Shown here in pieces: positions 1 through 41,480 of a DNA stretch of 44,224 bases (position 1 is the stretch's first letter; every line of letters begins with the position of its first letter). Made by a program: the position numbers and the translations under genes. The notes under the pieces were generated by a model, which had not been told where the DNA came from, ran no database searches, and saw only the letters and a list, made by a program, of their open reading frames with translations. The DNA comes from Tubiluchus corallicola (Eukaryota; Animalia; Priapulida): contig JAQGDQ010001367.1 in the NCBI GenBank assembly GCA_030141605.1, forward strand, positions 1-44,224. The letters are read 5' to 3'.

Positions 1-223
1 TGAACAGATAATCGAAAGCAAGAAAACGTGCTGCTGCCAGGATGTTTTGGCAGTCTAACTATAAAGGCATGACAATTAAAGTTGTGCATAAACTCAAAAA
101 GGAAAAACGTATAAAAATTTACATTTTTCAAGCATTGAAAAAATCTGGTAGCTATCCCATGAAATACATAAAACGGTTAATTTGGCTACTAAATAATAAA
201 AGTTTTATTGCTTGTTCTAGTAC

Positions 224-28333
<28,110 letters not shown>

Positions 28334-28639
28334 CTAGTGATATCAAGAAGTAACTCATATCCACGGCACACACGATCCATTTTTAAACGATTTTTATCAA
28401 TCGTAATTACAATGTGTTCTACAGCAAAGTAGATCATTTTTGCACTTTAAAGATTTACTATTATAAACAGATTGTTTTTACACAATAGCTAGGCCTATTC
28501 TTTATTTTTGAAAGTGTAAAAAGAACGTTTTCATTTAACTGTTCGCTACTTTTTCACAATGCAAATACGTAAGAAAGGCTTTAGCAGTACGATAAATCAA
28601 GACCTATGGCCTATAATCTGTAACAAGAGAATAGTCGTA

Positions 28640-29208
28640 CCAAACAATTAGTTCGAATAGGTAAAATATTAAAAGCAGAAAGCAACAAGCAATGCACGCT
28701 TTTCTACAGCAAAAGAACTTATTAACTAGCAATAACTGCATAAGACTAGCACTAACATAAGATTATTTAATGCTTATTTTACCAGCATGTATGTACAACA
28801 GTGAAACTTAGAATTAACTGTTACTCAAGAAAAGCAGATTGACATATTTCATAGAAAGTTTTAAAGATAAGATGGCCATACACAATCAAAAATTAAGATT
28901 TATACACCAGAACGAAAGAAACTTCTTGGAGTTCAAAAGTCAAGATCCGAAGATTAAGATGACTATGACATCTTCAAAGATTACCAAATGAAGCAGCAGT
29001 AAGAATCGCTTTAAAGGGAGCATTAAAACCTAGCAAATAAAAAACAACTAGGATATCTAAGATGAATAAATGTTCAACAACTTCAACCAAATCTATCTTT
29101 AGGAGTAGAAGAACTCGCGCTGTTAGCTGCAGATAGAAGTGGGTGGAATACTCTGTTAAATGTTGGTACCTCAATGCCTACAATAGGTGGAATGAGACTT
29201 TGAAGAAG
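28640..29208 (+). mobile_element. 5'-truncated LINE (RTE/RTEX-like) 3' fragment
   Basis: Degenerate translation TNIRLFNAY..MYNSET..LTVTQEKQIDIFHRK..IRWP..RLR..GHL.RLPNEAAVRIALK; second copy inverted at 34776-35107. Confidence 0.7.
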
Positions 29209-29439
29209 GCTAGATATTTGTTTGCTTTCTTTGTTATTATTTAGGACCTATTCGATTGATTATTTAAATTTTACAAAGTGCAATACAAAAATACGGTGAC
29301 GTGATGACGTTAAATAATTTAAGTGAGATATAAAAACAATTTTAACCAAATATTACAAATATAATGCAATAAAATGTTCTATAGTACAATACTTCTATAG
29401 GGTGAAACCTATCTTGTAAGATCGTATCGCAGTACAGGG

Positions 29440-29620
29440 GCATAAGGGGTATTTATACAATACCAGACATAATGAATATATACCAAGACGTTGTAGAACA
29501 GATATGGCGAAACATTTCATTAGCTATATGGGAGCAGTCCTATGGAGTAGACTAAGCTGCAATTCAAAATGTAGTCACTCCCTTTCAACTTTTAAAAAAA
29601 CCGTCAGAAAAGAAATATTT
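29440..29620 (+). mobile_element. Possible CR1/L2-like LINE 3' remnant
   Basis: Degenerate RYG.HFISYMGAVLWSRL...SLSTFKK resembles LINE ORF2 C-termini. Confidence 0.4.
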
Positions 29621-29733
29621 CAAAAGTATTGAGAGTAACACAGTTTGATAATGGTAAGCCCCTGCATTGTTTTTCCACTGTAATAAAACGTGATTATGTT
29701 CAACAGGTTACTGAACACTTTATAATCATGATC

Positions 29734-29846
29734 GCAGTTTTTCTTAGTTCTCGCTCCATTTCATCTTTCATTCACTACTTCCCCCACATCACAGTTTTTC
29801 TTAGTTCTCGCTCCATTTCATCTTTCATTCACTACTCCCCCCCCAC
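29734..29846. repeat. ~57-bp tandem duplication
   Basis: cagtttttcttagttctcgctccatttcatctttcattcactact occurs twice. Confidence 0.9.
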
Positions 29847-30213
29847 ATTTATGTATATATTATCATTATTTGAATTATTAATCATTTCTTTAAGATTTCC
29901 ACGTACAGTTGGGCCTGGGAAGCTTTGCTTTTAGGCTCAAACTGTATGCATCAAAATTATTCTGTAATGTAATTTGCACATGTATATGCTGCATAAGTAT
30001 CTCTTTTGCAATTTCTGGATTTATATTAATATTTACTTCAGCAGAAAATTATCTGTATTTTTATTATAACTGTAAGATGCAGAGTGGAATTAAATTAACT
30101 TAAACTAAAAAAAATAAGCACACAAATGATATGTAAGTATCTGTGTTGTACTTACAATCTGTACTTACAAATCGTGTGGCGTAGCAAGTAGAAAGAATAC
30201 GATGTCTGAAACG

Positions 30214-30633
30214 GTACATATCTCGGTTTGCCAGACTTCGCTTTTACGGGTATCGGAAAATTCGGACAAAACCTGATCCATTAAAAAGTCCCGCATATTA
30301 TTTCGCGAACTGACCGCTAGTTGGCGGGCCGTCACTTTGTTTACATCAGTGTAACCACCGTCCTATATCTCCGTGTATAAAAACGTAGAATCAATTATGC
30401 AGAGTTATCTGAGTCAATTGCAGACAGATTTTTATATACTTTTACTTATATTCTTATATACTAGCGGCCCGTATTGGTTATTTTTGAGACAATTAGGCAA
30501 TTGGTTCTACATTACCACGAGTCTGATACATGGTGCCTACTGTGTGTGTATTAGAATTGTACCGGAAAATACAGATAATCGGCAAATTCGGACCGGCGTC
30601 ATCCCGCTGTTGTCCGGCTAACCGAGGCAGTAC
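30214..30633. mobile_element. MITE with Tc1/pogo-like termini
   Basis: ctcggtttgccagac (30222) vs gtccggctaaccgag (30612), 13/15 inverted match; gtac at both outer ends. Confidence 0.5.
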
Positions 30634-31170
30634 ATGTGGTCATTAGAAGAGAGAGAGTTCATCGGGATTTAAAAACTTTCACAGTAACATTCTACAGTAC
30701 TATTATTCATAGGGAAAATGACTTATACAGAAATGAATTTTTTCTTCGTACGCCTAAGCCAGATCTGTATCGTCTGTAGCTCAATATTCGTTTGTCAACA
30801 GAGTTGTCAACTTGCTGAACATGTAAACGGGTTTCCACAATTGCAAATGCGCCTCCGGTAATTTTTTTAATCAAAGATTTGTATTTTTGCAGACAGATGA
30901 AGGTAGTAATTTTTTACACTTTGCTCCTCTCCTTTTTAACTTGTCTCGGTTAATACTGTACATATTTTATTGTTTTATGCTGTTAGTGTTTACTGTATGT
31001 ATACTTTAGGAAATAAAATGGAAAAAAATAAAAATTTTATTTAATTAAATTACTGCAACATATAGTTGAGGCCCAATAACCATACTGTTTGTTAAAAAAG
31101 TTGATCAGTAAAGATATAGTGAAGTGATTTCAAAATTTAATACCTTGATCTAGGTATCTAGTTATCTACA

Positions 31171-32078
31171 TAGGTAAGTAGGTAGGTAAGTAGGTAGGTG
31201 GGTAGACAGGCAGGCAGGTAGGTAGGCAGGCAGGTAAGAAGGTAGGTAGGTAGCTAAGTAGGCAGGCAAGCAGGCAGACAGGCAGGCAGGCAGGTAGGTA
31301 GACAGGGAGGCAGGTAGGAAGGTGGTAGGTAGGTAGGTAGGTAGGTAGGTAGGTAGGTAGGTAGGTAGGTAGGTAGGTAGGTAGGTGGGTAGGTATGTAG
31401 GTAGGAAAGTAAGTAGGTAGGTAGGTATGCAGGTAAGTAGTTAGGTATGCAGGTAAGTAGTTAGGTAGGTAGGTGGGTAGGTAGGTAGGAAGGTAGGTAG
31501 GTAGGTAGGTAGGTAGGTAGGTAGGTAGGTAGGTAGGTAGGTAGGTAGGTAGGTAGGTAGGTAGGTAGAGAGGTAGGTAGGTAGGTAGAGAGGTAGGTAG
31601 GTAGGTAGGTAGGTAGGTAGGTAGGTAGGTAGGTAGGTAGGTAGGTAGGTAGGTGGGTAGGTATGTAGGTAGGTAGGTGGGTAGGTATGTAGGAAGGTAG
31701 GTAGGTAGGTAGGTAGGTAGGTAGGTAGGTAGGTAGGTAGGTAGGTAGGTAGGTAGGTAGGTAGGTAGGTAGGTATGCAGGTAGGTAGGTAGGTAGGTAG
31801 GTAGGTAGGTAGGTAGGTAGGTAGGTAGGCAGGCAGGTATGCAGGTAAGTAGTTAGGTATGCAGGTAAGTAGTTAGGTATGCAGGTAAGTAGTTAGGTAG
31901 TTAGGTAGGTAGGTGGGTAGGTAGGTAGGTAGGTAGGAAGGTAGGTAGGTAGGTAGGTAGGTAGGTAGGTAGGTAGGTAGGTAGGTAGGTAGGTAGGTAG
32001 GTAGGTAGGTAGGTAGGTAGGTAGGTAGGTAGGTAGGTAGGTAGGTAGGTAGGTAGGTGGGTAGGTATGTAGGAAGGT
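31171..32078. repeat. ~900-bp (GGTA)n/(GGCA)n tetranucleotide satellite
   Basis: Read directly. Confidence 0.98.
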
Positions 32079-32454
32079 CAGTTGGTCGGTTGGTTATTGT
32101 TAGATTTGAAGTTGATTGTTCAGTTCAAAGGAAGTTTTCCACCTCCTTTGAAGCCCTTTAGGAATACCAAGGAAAAGAGCTTCGTGGAGGTTAAGAACGC
32201 TCATCCTTGCAGCCAACTCGTCTCACATTACCAATCAGACGACACAAAGACTTAACGCGTAACATCAGTTGTTTGTAGTCAAATGGAAACCTCTTAATTA
32301 TCTCACCTGACTGATTTCATAACTCATCTGTTCGTCTAACATGACACATTGTGTGTTGGATAGTAATACAGGTGTGTTATGACCCATGGGAAATTTGCTT
32401 TGAGGAGTTTAATTAAACTTGGAAGAGGTGGATATCATCAAAGAAGGCGCAGGT

Positions 32455-32470
32455 TTATGACGCATAAAAG
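32455..32470 (+). promoter_or_regulatory. Putative NPF core promoter: CRE-like TGACGCA overlapping TATA-like CATAAAAG; CCAAT at 32231
   Basis: Motifs lie ~150 bp upstream of a consensus donor (acg|gtaagt at 32614/32615). Confidence 0.45.
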
Positions 32471-32489
32471 TCTCGAGTAAAAACACTGA

Positions 32490-32614
32490 AGATTTTGTTT
32501 CATTAAGAAAGCGTTTTTAGTGGCGACTGACACTTTGTGACGGCCGCAACTCGGTCAAAAATCTAGTTATTTTTCTTTGAATTTTTTCTTGTGATCAAGT
32601 TTATTCTACGAACG
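32490..32614 (+). other. NPF: Putative non-coding exon 1 of NPF (start approximate)
   Basis: Consensus gtaagt donor at 32615; the coding exon begins after an acceptor (tttatag|gggATG) only 3 nt before the ATG, implying an upstream UTR exon. Confidence 0.55.
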
Positions 32615-32857
32615 GTAAGTTGCTCAATGTAAAATTGCAATCTGAGGTAATGGTTGGTTATACGTAGAGAAATGATGTACAGAAATGATGTACAGGAATG
32701 ATGTTTTAGCATCTTGTTCAATTGGCATTTGTTTACAATGAATTTACGAAGACATACAAAAATTTAGTCCGAAAACTTTACACAAGAAACTAACAGCTTT
32801 GTTGCTTAGAAAACGATATTTTAGCTGTAGATGGCGCTGATTATAGTAACGGTAAGA

Positions 32858-32923
32858 GCAACAGTAGCAGTAGCAATGTGAACAGCAGCAGCAGCAGCAA
32901 CAACAACAACAACAACAACAACT

Positions 32924-32956
<33 letters not shown>

Positions 32957-33138
32957 ATAATAACAACAACAACAACAACAGCAGCAGCAACAAAAACAGC
33001 AACAGCAACAGCAACAACAACAGCGCAGCAAGAGCAACAACAACAAGAAAAACAACAACAGTAACAACAGTAGTAGCAGTAGCAGCAACAACAACAACAA
33101 CAACAACAAAAACAACAGTAACAACAGTAGTAGTAGTA
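32858..33138. repeat. (CAA)/(CAG)/(TAG) compound microsatellite in putative NPF intron 1
   Basis: Read directly. Confidence 0.95.
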
Positions 33139-33338
33139 AAAAAATCTGCTGTGCCACTACTCATCATTGCAGAACACTTGCAAAAATTATTTATACATTG
33201 TTGAATCCACGCAAGTCTGTCTCGTTTCGTAATAAATGCTTATTTAAAACATCATCTTTTTTCTTGTGTCACATTTTCGTGTTGCCAGAAACGTCTAAAC
33301 GAAAAATACTGTGTTTCAGATTCTCTGTTTTATAGGGG

Positions 33339-33523
33339 ATGAATAGAGCGATATTTACAGTATTAGTTTCAATCTTCCTGATGTCGACTGTAGTCATCAA
33401 CAGACTCGTCGCAGCTGACGGGAGAGTGCCGCCCGTACGACCAATTGTATTCAAGTCTGCAGATCAACTGAGGGACTACTTAAGAAAACTCAATGAATAC
33501 TACGCTGTTGTAGGACGTCCAAG
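33339..33523 (+). CDS. NPF: Neuropeptide F/Y precursor, coding exon 1 (signal peptide + DGRVPPVRPIVFKSADQLRDYLRKLNEYYAVVGRP-R)
   Basis: Hydrophobic leader ending VAA; PxRP..F.S..QLR.YL..LNEYY...GRPR motif; donor AG|gtaata splits the Arg codon (phase 2), the conserved NPY/NPF intron position. Confidence 0.95.
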
Positions 33524-33899
33524 GTAATAACCTTATTTGGCTTCTTACGAGAACAACAATTCCTAAAGTATAAGATCAGTTTTCTAACCCCTTGTGACCA
33601 CTGGTTTCTCCAATTATTTAACATTTGACTTTTTTCTTTCTTTCATCGCTAGCCATTAGAATTTTAGAATGAATTCATTATAAATAAATAATATTCACTA
33701 GAATAAATAAATAAATGTTGACAGAATGACTCATTATGTCATATTTTATAACGAAATCATTATTTCGATGAATCATTGAACTTGCATTATCCGAATATGT
33801 AATTAAATTTCATTTTTGTCGTCAATTTTTTTCCAATATGAAATGTATGAGAAAAATATATTCGTATTCCTTCATTACGTCATTAAGCTTATATACTAG

Positions 33900-34030
33900 A
33901 CGGGCGGTATGGTGTAATGGTAACGCGTCTGCTTTCCGTCTGTAAGGCTGCGGGTTCGATACTGCGGCCGAGTCATTGCAAAGACTTTAAAATAGCAGCT
34001 GATGTTTTCCTGCCTGGTGCGCTTAAATGA
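33900..34030 (+). mobile_element. tRNA-derived SINE (tRNA-Gly-like head), truncated
   Basis: A box TGGTGTAATGG (33910-20), B box GGTTCGATAC (33953); followed by gtcattgcaaagactttaaaa...ttcctgcctggtgc, which resembles (from memory) a widespread SINE core domain; cloverleaf stems do not pair. Confidence 0.7.
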
Positions 34031-34775
34031 ACTGTCTCGATCTAGCCTATATATTAACTTCAGTAATATAGACCAACTTCAGTACCATTTGCGGCGATCT
34101 ATATGTCAAACGAAAGGTCTCGATCTAGTGTGGTCTCATTGGGGTCTCGATTTTTCGAATCGGGCCCACCGGGAGGAACGGGGGCGGAAAACCTCCAAAA
34201 ATGGCCTTTTTTGGCCATTTTTCGTGAAAAATTGCAAAACTTATACCTCCTATTTCTAGAGAAGGGGAACGCGTGGTGAGTGGTGTCGGTAATGGTAGAA
34301 TAGCCCGTTCAACGGTGGGTGTTGTAGTCATATTTAGATTTCGCGGTAAGGCTACGGCATCCAGTGTGACTGGCGTTTTCGCGGACCCAACTCCCGGTTT
34401 TTTCGAAATTTTGGCCAAACTGCCTGTAGAAAAAGCGTTCTAGCGGCGCTCATTGGGATTCTTGGAAGGAGGACATATGGCTCTTTAGAAAGAGGAAGAA
34501 CTCTGCCACGTTTTAGGAAACATCCACCGTGAGGAACGTGAGTTAATTAGGTGTTCTATATTTGGCAATTTTCGCTTGGAAAAGTGCTGACGCAAAGCCA
34601 TTGTTCTGACGTCAACCATTATACTCTGTCTATAACCTTATAACTTTAATTCAGTAAAAGCTGCTACTGGCTTTGCTTTATAAGTGAGGACTGTGTAGGA
34701 TGTTCGCGTATTATGATTATACGCAATTTTTTTTTGGGGGGAGGGGCCTTTGCTAGTTATCATTATTATTATTGT

Positions 34776-35107
34776 TTCTTCGAAATCTCATTCCACCTAT
34801 TGTAGACATTGAGGCAATTCCTACCATACCTACCTGCAGGGTAAGTTCTTCTAATCCTAAAGATAGATTTGCTTGAAGTTGTTTAACGTCTTTATTTATC
34901 TTAGCTATTCAAGTTGTTTTTGGCTTGCCAGGTTTTAAGGCTTCCTTTAAGGCGATTCTCACTGCTGCTTCATTTGGTAATCTTTAAAGATGTCCTAGCC
35001 ATCTTAATCCTCGGATCTTGACTTTTGATCACCAGGAAATTTCTTTCGTTCTGGTGTATAAATCTTCGTTTTTGATTATGCATGGCCATCTTATCTTTAA
35101 AACTTTC
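34776..35107 (-). mobile_element. Second copy of the LINE 3' fragment at 28854-29208, inverted
   Basis: tctcattccacctattgtag...atggccatcttatctttaaaactttc is the reverse complement of 28854-29200, with scattered substitutions. Confidence 0.85.
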
Positions 35108-35969
35108 CTTAGATGACTTCTATGAAGACTTCTAATATTATTATGCATAATGATTTAGCTAAGCTGAATAAGAATTACCGTCATGCTACAGGATTCTTAT
35201 GTAAGGCATTAGCAATACTAAGAACCCAAATGCTTCTCTTGCCAGAAATTTGGTCTCCGTTTTATTCCCTCATGTTCAGTTCTGTTAATGGCGACTCTAA
35301 TCTGCAAAATCATTCTAATTGGACACCCACTGCCGGCCAACCTTATCTGTGCTCAAGTTCTATTATTTGCTACCAGATGTCGCTAGCGCGCAATGACACT
35401 TTAACGTGGGCTATAAAAAGACGCGATTTAAACGCATCAATTACACCAAAACTTTCAGTAATTGCATTGTTGCACACAGTTAGCTGATTAGTCAATCAGT
35501 CAGTAAGTCAATTTTATTTTTACTTTTGTAATAATTTGTAAACAGGTGAAATGTTACAAAATTACACGTAGAGTTGAGTTATGAGGCGTCTTTGTGCACG
35601 ATTTCTTAAAGACGTTCTTTAGTATTCGAGCAAGAAGCATAATAAATTAGTAAAAATCATTTACATTTTCCCATGTAGCAATTTGTATAAGTAGTTGGTG
35701 AATTTTCTGTAGAAATTATTACTTATTGGTGATAAATGGATCACAGCAAAATTAGCACTTAAATTACAACCTACATGATAATTGCACCATAACTCTGTGA
35801 ATCGGCAGTTTATGGTGCAAGAGTTGAAAAACGTAAAGCAAATTTGTACATTGTTCATAACAGAATAACCTGAGCAATTCTTTGCCTTTTAAAACTTAAA
35901 GAAACTACACAGTCTGTAATCAAGGTTGGTCGACGTACTGATAGATCTCAAATTCTTCGTCAATGGTCA

Positions 35970-35976
35970 TGTTGTT

Positions 35977-36029
<53 letters not shown>

Positions 36030-36067
36030 GTTGTTGTTGTTGTTTGTGCTGTTGTTGCTGCTGCTGC

Positions 36068-36116
<49 letters not shown>

Positions 36117-36217
36117 AATGTTGTTGTTGCTGTTATTGCTGTTGTTATTGTTATTGATGATGTTGTTGTTGTTGTTGTTTCTGCTGCTGTTGTTGTTGTT
36201 GTTGTTGTTGTTTCTGC

Positions 36218-36260
<43 letters not shown>

Positions 36261-36319
36261 GCTGCTGCTGCTACTACTACTGCTGTTGTTGCTGCTGCTG
36301 CTGCGGCTGCTGTTGCTGC

Positions 36320-36366
<47 letters not shown>

Positions 36367-36537
36367 TTGCTGTTGCTGTTGCTGTTGCTGTTATTGCTGT
36401 TGCTGCTCTGTTACTGTTTGTGTTGTTGTTGTTGCTGTTATTGCTGTTGTTGTTGCTGTTATTGCTGTTATTGCTATTGTTGTTGTTGTTGTAGTTGATG
36501 TTGTTGTTGTTGTTGTTTCTGCTGTTGTTGCTGTTGT

Positions 36538-36580
<43 letters not shown>

Positions 36581-36682
36581 TCTGCTGTTGTTGCTGTTGT
36601 TGTGTTGTTGTTGTTTCTACTGCTGTTGTTGTTGTTGTTATTGTTGTTGTTGTTGCTGTTGTTGTTGTCGTCGTTGTCGTCA
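35970..36682. repeat. (GTT)/(GCT) compound microsatellite
   Basis: Read directly. Confidence 0.97.
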
Positions 36683-36689
36683 TTTTTAA

Positions 36690-37245
36690 ACATTAAAGCA
36701 AAACCAAAACTGATCATAAAGAGCAGGTCAAAACAATATGCTCTTTAAAATATTGAAAGGAAACATACTATATTTTCAAAAATGACTTACGTGAAAGAAT
36801 TATTACCACACAAACAAAATTTGCGCCACTAGTTCTTCGCTGTTACATGCATTTCGCCATTCGTTAGTTAGACGGGCACTAGCGCCTGCATTTCGGAAAC
36901 GCATTGCAAAAAAAACAGGTGCTGTACCTGTCAGTTCAGATGTGTTAGTTTGTAATTTGAAATTTGAATTTTTATTTTAAAACTTGCCTAATTTTACTAA
37001 AACACATTGAATATCTTACAGTAGCACTGTACTTCAATTTTTGCTTTCGCAATGCAACACACTTGTGGAATAGTTTTGCTGTGAAAAATTATGTTCGTTT
37101 GTGATGTCGTCAATAGTTGGGCTTGGCCGCCGTTAATTAAGATTTTAATCTATTATTTAATTATCAGAAACCCTTTTGCAGCATTAATTGTATTGAAGTG
37201 TGTACTTTTTATCGGATTTGAAAATAGGGTAATATATGAAGAATT
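36690..37245. mobile_element. Diverged single-arm copy of the 42.4-44.2 kb foldback element
   Basis: cgccactagttcttcgctgt.acatgcatttcgccattcg.tagttagac matches 43905-43955; collinear similarity continues to the window end. A further terminal fragment lies at about 38316-38360. Confidence 0.85.
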
Positions 37246-37619
37246 CTATATACATTATAATTCTTATTAGCCTATGTTATTCCTCCTACGCATCACTAAT
37301 AACAATTTTTATTAAGAAAACAATGTGCGTAAGTTGGCCATAATAACAGCCTTGTAATATTTGTTTTCGCAGTATTGACTGTATATCTAAACGAAAATGT
37401 AAAGTTAAAGGTTAAGAACCCATTTAAAGATTATCGTTTAAGATACCTATTGTAGCTTCTTACAACATTATATACTGTAATACAATTACAAGGGTACCTA
37501 AATGAGTGAATGTTATAAAGTCGAATTTCTGTAGACATGTTACTTTACTAACATCCCATTACCTGCATTACTAACATCATTGTCTTTGTAAGCTGTATAT
37601 TTTTATGCGAAATAAACTT

Positions 37620-38300
<681 letters not shown>

Positions 38301-39030
38301 TAATTGTTTCAAAACTATCGGACTTGAAAATGGGGTAGTATATGAGAAATCTTCCTTTAAAATGGTCGAGTATGCCCTCCAAATTCTTCCTGGCCACGTT
38401 TCCCCTATTGCAATAAGCCCTGAAAGGATGTGAACGTTCCACGAAGGCTACGCATTTCGTTAACCAAGGCGTTTAATTTATCAGTAAGATTGTGGTTATT
38501 ACATTTTATGCATTACTACTAATCCTCACTTGATGAAGTGTCGTGTTCCCTGCATATTGGCGTGGGTCGACTTTATTATCCACTCCATGCATTGATTATT
38601 AATATCCATTGCGCTGGCTATGTAACTCTAAGGCTCAGTCTTGCAACACGATAGAACAGACAACTAAACAACGAAGAAACAGAAGAACAGATAAACTGTT
38701 TGTCCAGCATTTTCTACTTTAAAACACTGCAAATCGTAAGGCTATCTAAAAACATGGCAGTTTTACAGTATAATTGTCGAACGAAGCAATGGTGCAGTTT
38801 TATCAATATCATAGCGAGAACAATTTTTCACAGTAATTGTAATTATTGTTGCTAATTATTACAAATAAATGTTCAAGGTTTTGTGACAGAAACAAGCATG
38901 CAGCAATCGTGCAATTAAAGTTCCTCCCAAGTTTATTAGCTTTAATTAAAGAAAAACAGTACAAATATTACCTCATTTTGACCAATTGTGTACAACATCC
39001 ATTTTCTTACATGCAACTATTACTAAAAGC

Positions 39031-39279
<249 letters not shown>

Positions 39280-39701
39280 GGTAATAAATCAGAAATGTTA
39301 GATACAATTAGATACAATTAATGACTATTCAAAATTTGAAATTTCCATGCTCATTGCATTTCTGAAACTTGATTTCACGAAGCTGCAGTGTCGTCATATC
39401 TCTGCTGAACAGGTGCAATGCATATTTTCGTGTAGCACGCTTCCGAGCGTTTTCGCTCATCTAAGTTACAAGGAAAACTGGAGAATTAATGAGTTTACAA
39501 TAATAATTATCTACGGTACAGTCAGTAATCAATAAAATACAGTTTTTTCCCTTTCAATAATTAATACTTTATTGCTGTTTTTAAAACTGATGCTGATTTT
39601 ATTCAACCTTCTAATTCCTTTGTGCTCTCTTTTTCTACTTCTGTATGTCACAAAATGTTACCAACGGTGAGCAGTCTTAATTAACTATTTTTTCTCTTCA
39701 G

Positions 39702-39774
39702 GTTTGGAAAGAGGTCATACAATTACGATGACTACGAGTGGTCAGCAGACAGTCTTAACGACGTGATGTATTAA
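39702..39774 (+). CDS. NPF: Neuropeptide F/Y precursor, coding exon 2: (R)FGKRSYNYDDYEWSADSLNDVMY*
   Basis: ttttttctcttcag|G TTT GGA AAG AGG completes RF-G-KR (amidation plus dibasic cleavage); TAA at 39772-39774; precursor is 85 aa. Confidence 0.95.
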
Positions 39775-40003
39775 ACCAGCACAACTACCAGTTTTATAAA
39801 CCCCAACTGCAGAGGACTATCTTGTACGGCTGCAACTAAACAAAGATGCAAATATTACTTCAGCTAATTACTCCACAATACTGCTTTTTAATCTTTTCCC
39901 TGATGCCATTCTGATAACATGCAACGTCCTTTCTGTAGCACTCATGTAGCTACTAACCCCACCCCCACCCCCTCCCCATCACCCAAGTCCCAACGGTCAA
40001 ACA

Positions 40004-40676
40004 CAGTGGTGGCTCGTGTATAGGCATTGGAATTGCAGCACACTTTAGTTTCACTCGATATTTTTGATACTATTCAGAATCAATTTTTTCTTTATACTTG
40101 TACTGAATCAGAGAACGTGGCGGAACTGTGTTGTTCACATGTCCATCACGTGACGGTGCTGTGTTGTTCACATGTACATCACGTGACGGAACTGTGTTGT
40201 TCACATGTCCATCTCGTGACGGTGCATTCACATGTCCATCACGTGACGGTGCTGTTCACATGTCCAGCACTATGCACTCATAGGTCCAGCAACATGGTGT
40301 TTGGCTGTTGTGCGCATGCGACGCTGAGATAAGACCCTGCACTTTAAGTAGAGAGAGCCTGACGCTCACACAGTGCGTGTTGTCAATTGTCATGTGCTTA
40401 AAAAACCCGGATATATTCATGTACTGCGTCAATTTAGGTTATTCGTAAGCAAAATTTTTTTGTTTAGGATTTTATCACATATATATATATATATATATAA
40501 ATTTTCGTACGCTCGGTTATTTAAAATTACAATTACAAGATCAAAATTACACAGCATTAAACTGTGTACATAAAAAAGTAAAATTACACAACATTACTTC
40601 GTTTTACACAGCATTAAAATGGCTGAAAATTTTCTGAAACAGCACCCCCACTAAGTTTAACTACGAGCCGCCACTG
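40004..40676. mobile_element. MITE with hAT-like termini carrying an internal 33-bp minisatellite
   Basis: TIR CAGTGGTGGCTCGT ... ACGAGCCGCCACTG (13/14); no TSD seen. Confidence 0.65.
40115..40265. repeat. Minisatellite, ~5 copies of a 27-33 bp unit (acgtgacgg..ctgtgttgttcacatgtccatc)
   Basis: Read directly. Confidence 0.92.
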
Positions 40677-40929
40677 AAGAATCTTGAATTTGCCCTTACA
40701 TCAGCATGTCTATTGTAACCATCATGAACAAACAATTTTGGTACAGAATTAAAGACTTACTATTATACTCTATTGTCCTTTATTTCAATGAATAACATTT
40801 TTGTATTTTTGTTCTGAATGAGTAGCTTACAAGTATGCTAGAAGGGCATCTATTCGAAAAAAATAATACAATAAATTGCTAAACACAGCTCGTTGGTAAT
40901 AGTCATATATTATTAACGTCCATTATATA

Positions 40930-41150
<221 letters not shown>

Positions 41151-41156
41151 TCTAAA

Positions 41157-41480
41157 TAGATTTAAACCAAACCGCCTTTTGATCTATGGTCTACAGTTTA
41201 CTTGTGCTTGCATATAACAACTACCAACATCTTTGTTACATCACTAACTACAACATTATTAGATAATAAATGAGAAATATTAGACTAATCAGAAGTTATT
41301 TATTTATTTACTTACTTATTTATTTACTTAAACTAACTAGATTTAAATCATATCACCTTTTGATCTATGGTCTACAGTTTACTTGTTTTTGCATATAACA
41401 ACTCCCCTCATCTTCGTTACATAATTAACTACAACGTTGTTAGATAAAAAATGAGAAATATAGGACTAGACAGAAATTAA
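41157..41480. repeat. Tandem duplication, period ~181 bp
   Basis: tagatttaaa...ccttttgatctatggtctacagtttacttgt...aaatgagaaatat at 41157 and 41338. Confidence 0.9.

Noticed and set aside
33902-33972. Possible tRNA-Gly(TCC) gene
   Set aside because: A and B boxes are present, but acceptor and anticodon stems do not pair and a SINE-like body follows.
34040-34560. GC-richer segment with repeated tctcgat motifs, probably another interspersed repeat
   Set aside because: No TIR, TSD or coding motif could be established; left unannotated.
40115-40265. CRISPR-like 33-bp repeats
   Set aside because: Head-to-tail with no unique spacers, no cas genes, eukaryotic context.
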